A stretch of 35,493 bases of DNA from a virus. Taxonomy: Duplodnaviria > Caudoviricetes. A program made the translations under genes and the position numbers. Positions 35,107 through 35,493 of the stretch are shown one piece after another. Where the stretch lies: positions 1 through 35,493 of the IMG/VR virus record IMGVR_UViG_3300020045_002709; one strand, 5' to 3'. Numbering within the stretch: position 1 is the first letter of the stretch; the number at the start of each line of letters is the position of its first letter. The notes under the pieces were generated by a model. It made no database searches. It saw nothing but the letters and a program-made list of their open reading frames with translations, and was not told where the DNA came from.

Positions 35107-35493
35107 TGGAAATACAAGGCTATCACATAGACGATTCAAAGGCATACGGTAAGAACCAATTTAAGGCACGTTGCCCTAAATGCGTTGAGGTAGGAAAGAC
35201 ACACGTAATGGACACACCACTATCAATTAATCGTTCCGAAGGTGTTTTTAATTGTAAGAAATGCGGATGGACTGGAAAATTTGGAGAATCAACATTTAAG
35301 AAAGTGGAATACAAGAAACCGAACACGGTAAACTTTACAGACCTAAAGCTAGAACATTTGCAGTACTTCTCAATGCGTGGGATTACGCAGGGAACAGTAA
35401 ATAGGAACGGGATTAAGTCAGCAACTGAGTGGTATATTTTCCCTTACAACGAGAACGGGGAAATAGTAAATTTCAAGGCACGGAAGCATGGAA
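35106..35493 (+). CDS. DNA primase or primase-helicase, T7 gp4/Twinkle-like (3' truncated; not in ORF track)
   Basis: MEIQG...CPKC...LSIN...FNCKKCGW.G zinc-binding domain; YF..RGI; FPY...G.IVNFKAR. Confidence 0.85.
   Translation, partial: MEIQGYHIDDSKAYGKNQFKARCPKCVEVGKTHVMDTPLSINRSEGVFNCKKCGWTGKFGESTFKKVEYKKPNTVNFTDLKLEHLQYFSMRGITQGTVNRNGIKSATEWYIFPYNENGEIVNFKARKHG

Overview
About 35.5 kb of a tailed (siphovirus-like) phage or prophage. The host is very likely Bacteroidota, based on TAnnTTTG promoter boxes, A-rich start regions without Shine-Dalgarno motifs, and signal peptides followed by Gln. Layout: (+) 1-3577 accessory genes (LRR-like repeat protein, HTH, ASCH, DUF4406-like); (+) 3700-6024 a promoter-led unit of peptide, membrane protein and small protein running into a lysis cassette (holin-like, GH108 endolysin, holin, u-spanin-like); (-) 6075-26077 packaging, head and tail module (TerS, TerL, portal, protease, HK97-fold capsid, tail tube, tape measure, two tail fibres) plus a secreted moron; 26080-26985 a divergent control region with a candidate small RNA; (+) 26985-35493 early, recombination and replication genes (ERF, exonuclease, SSB, NinG, HNH, initiator with iterons, primase, truncated). 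Genes are cut at both window edges. I found no integrase, reverse transcriptase, tRNA or CRISPR array. Best leads: the peptide/membrane-protein/slippery-site module upstream of lysis, two structured non-coding regions (26520-26845, 32785-33143), a Sec-exported protein inside the head operon, and a paralogue pair with conserved ends. All family calls come from motif recognition by eye; no database searches were run.
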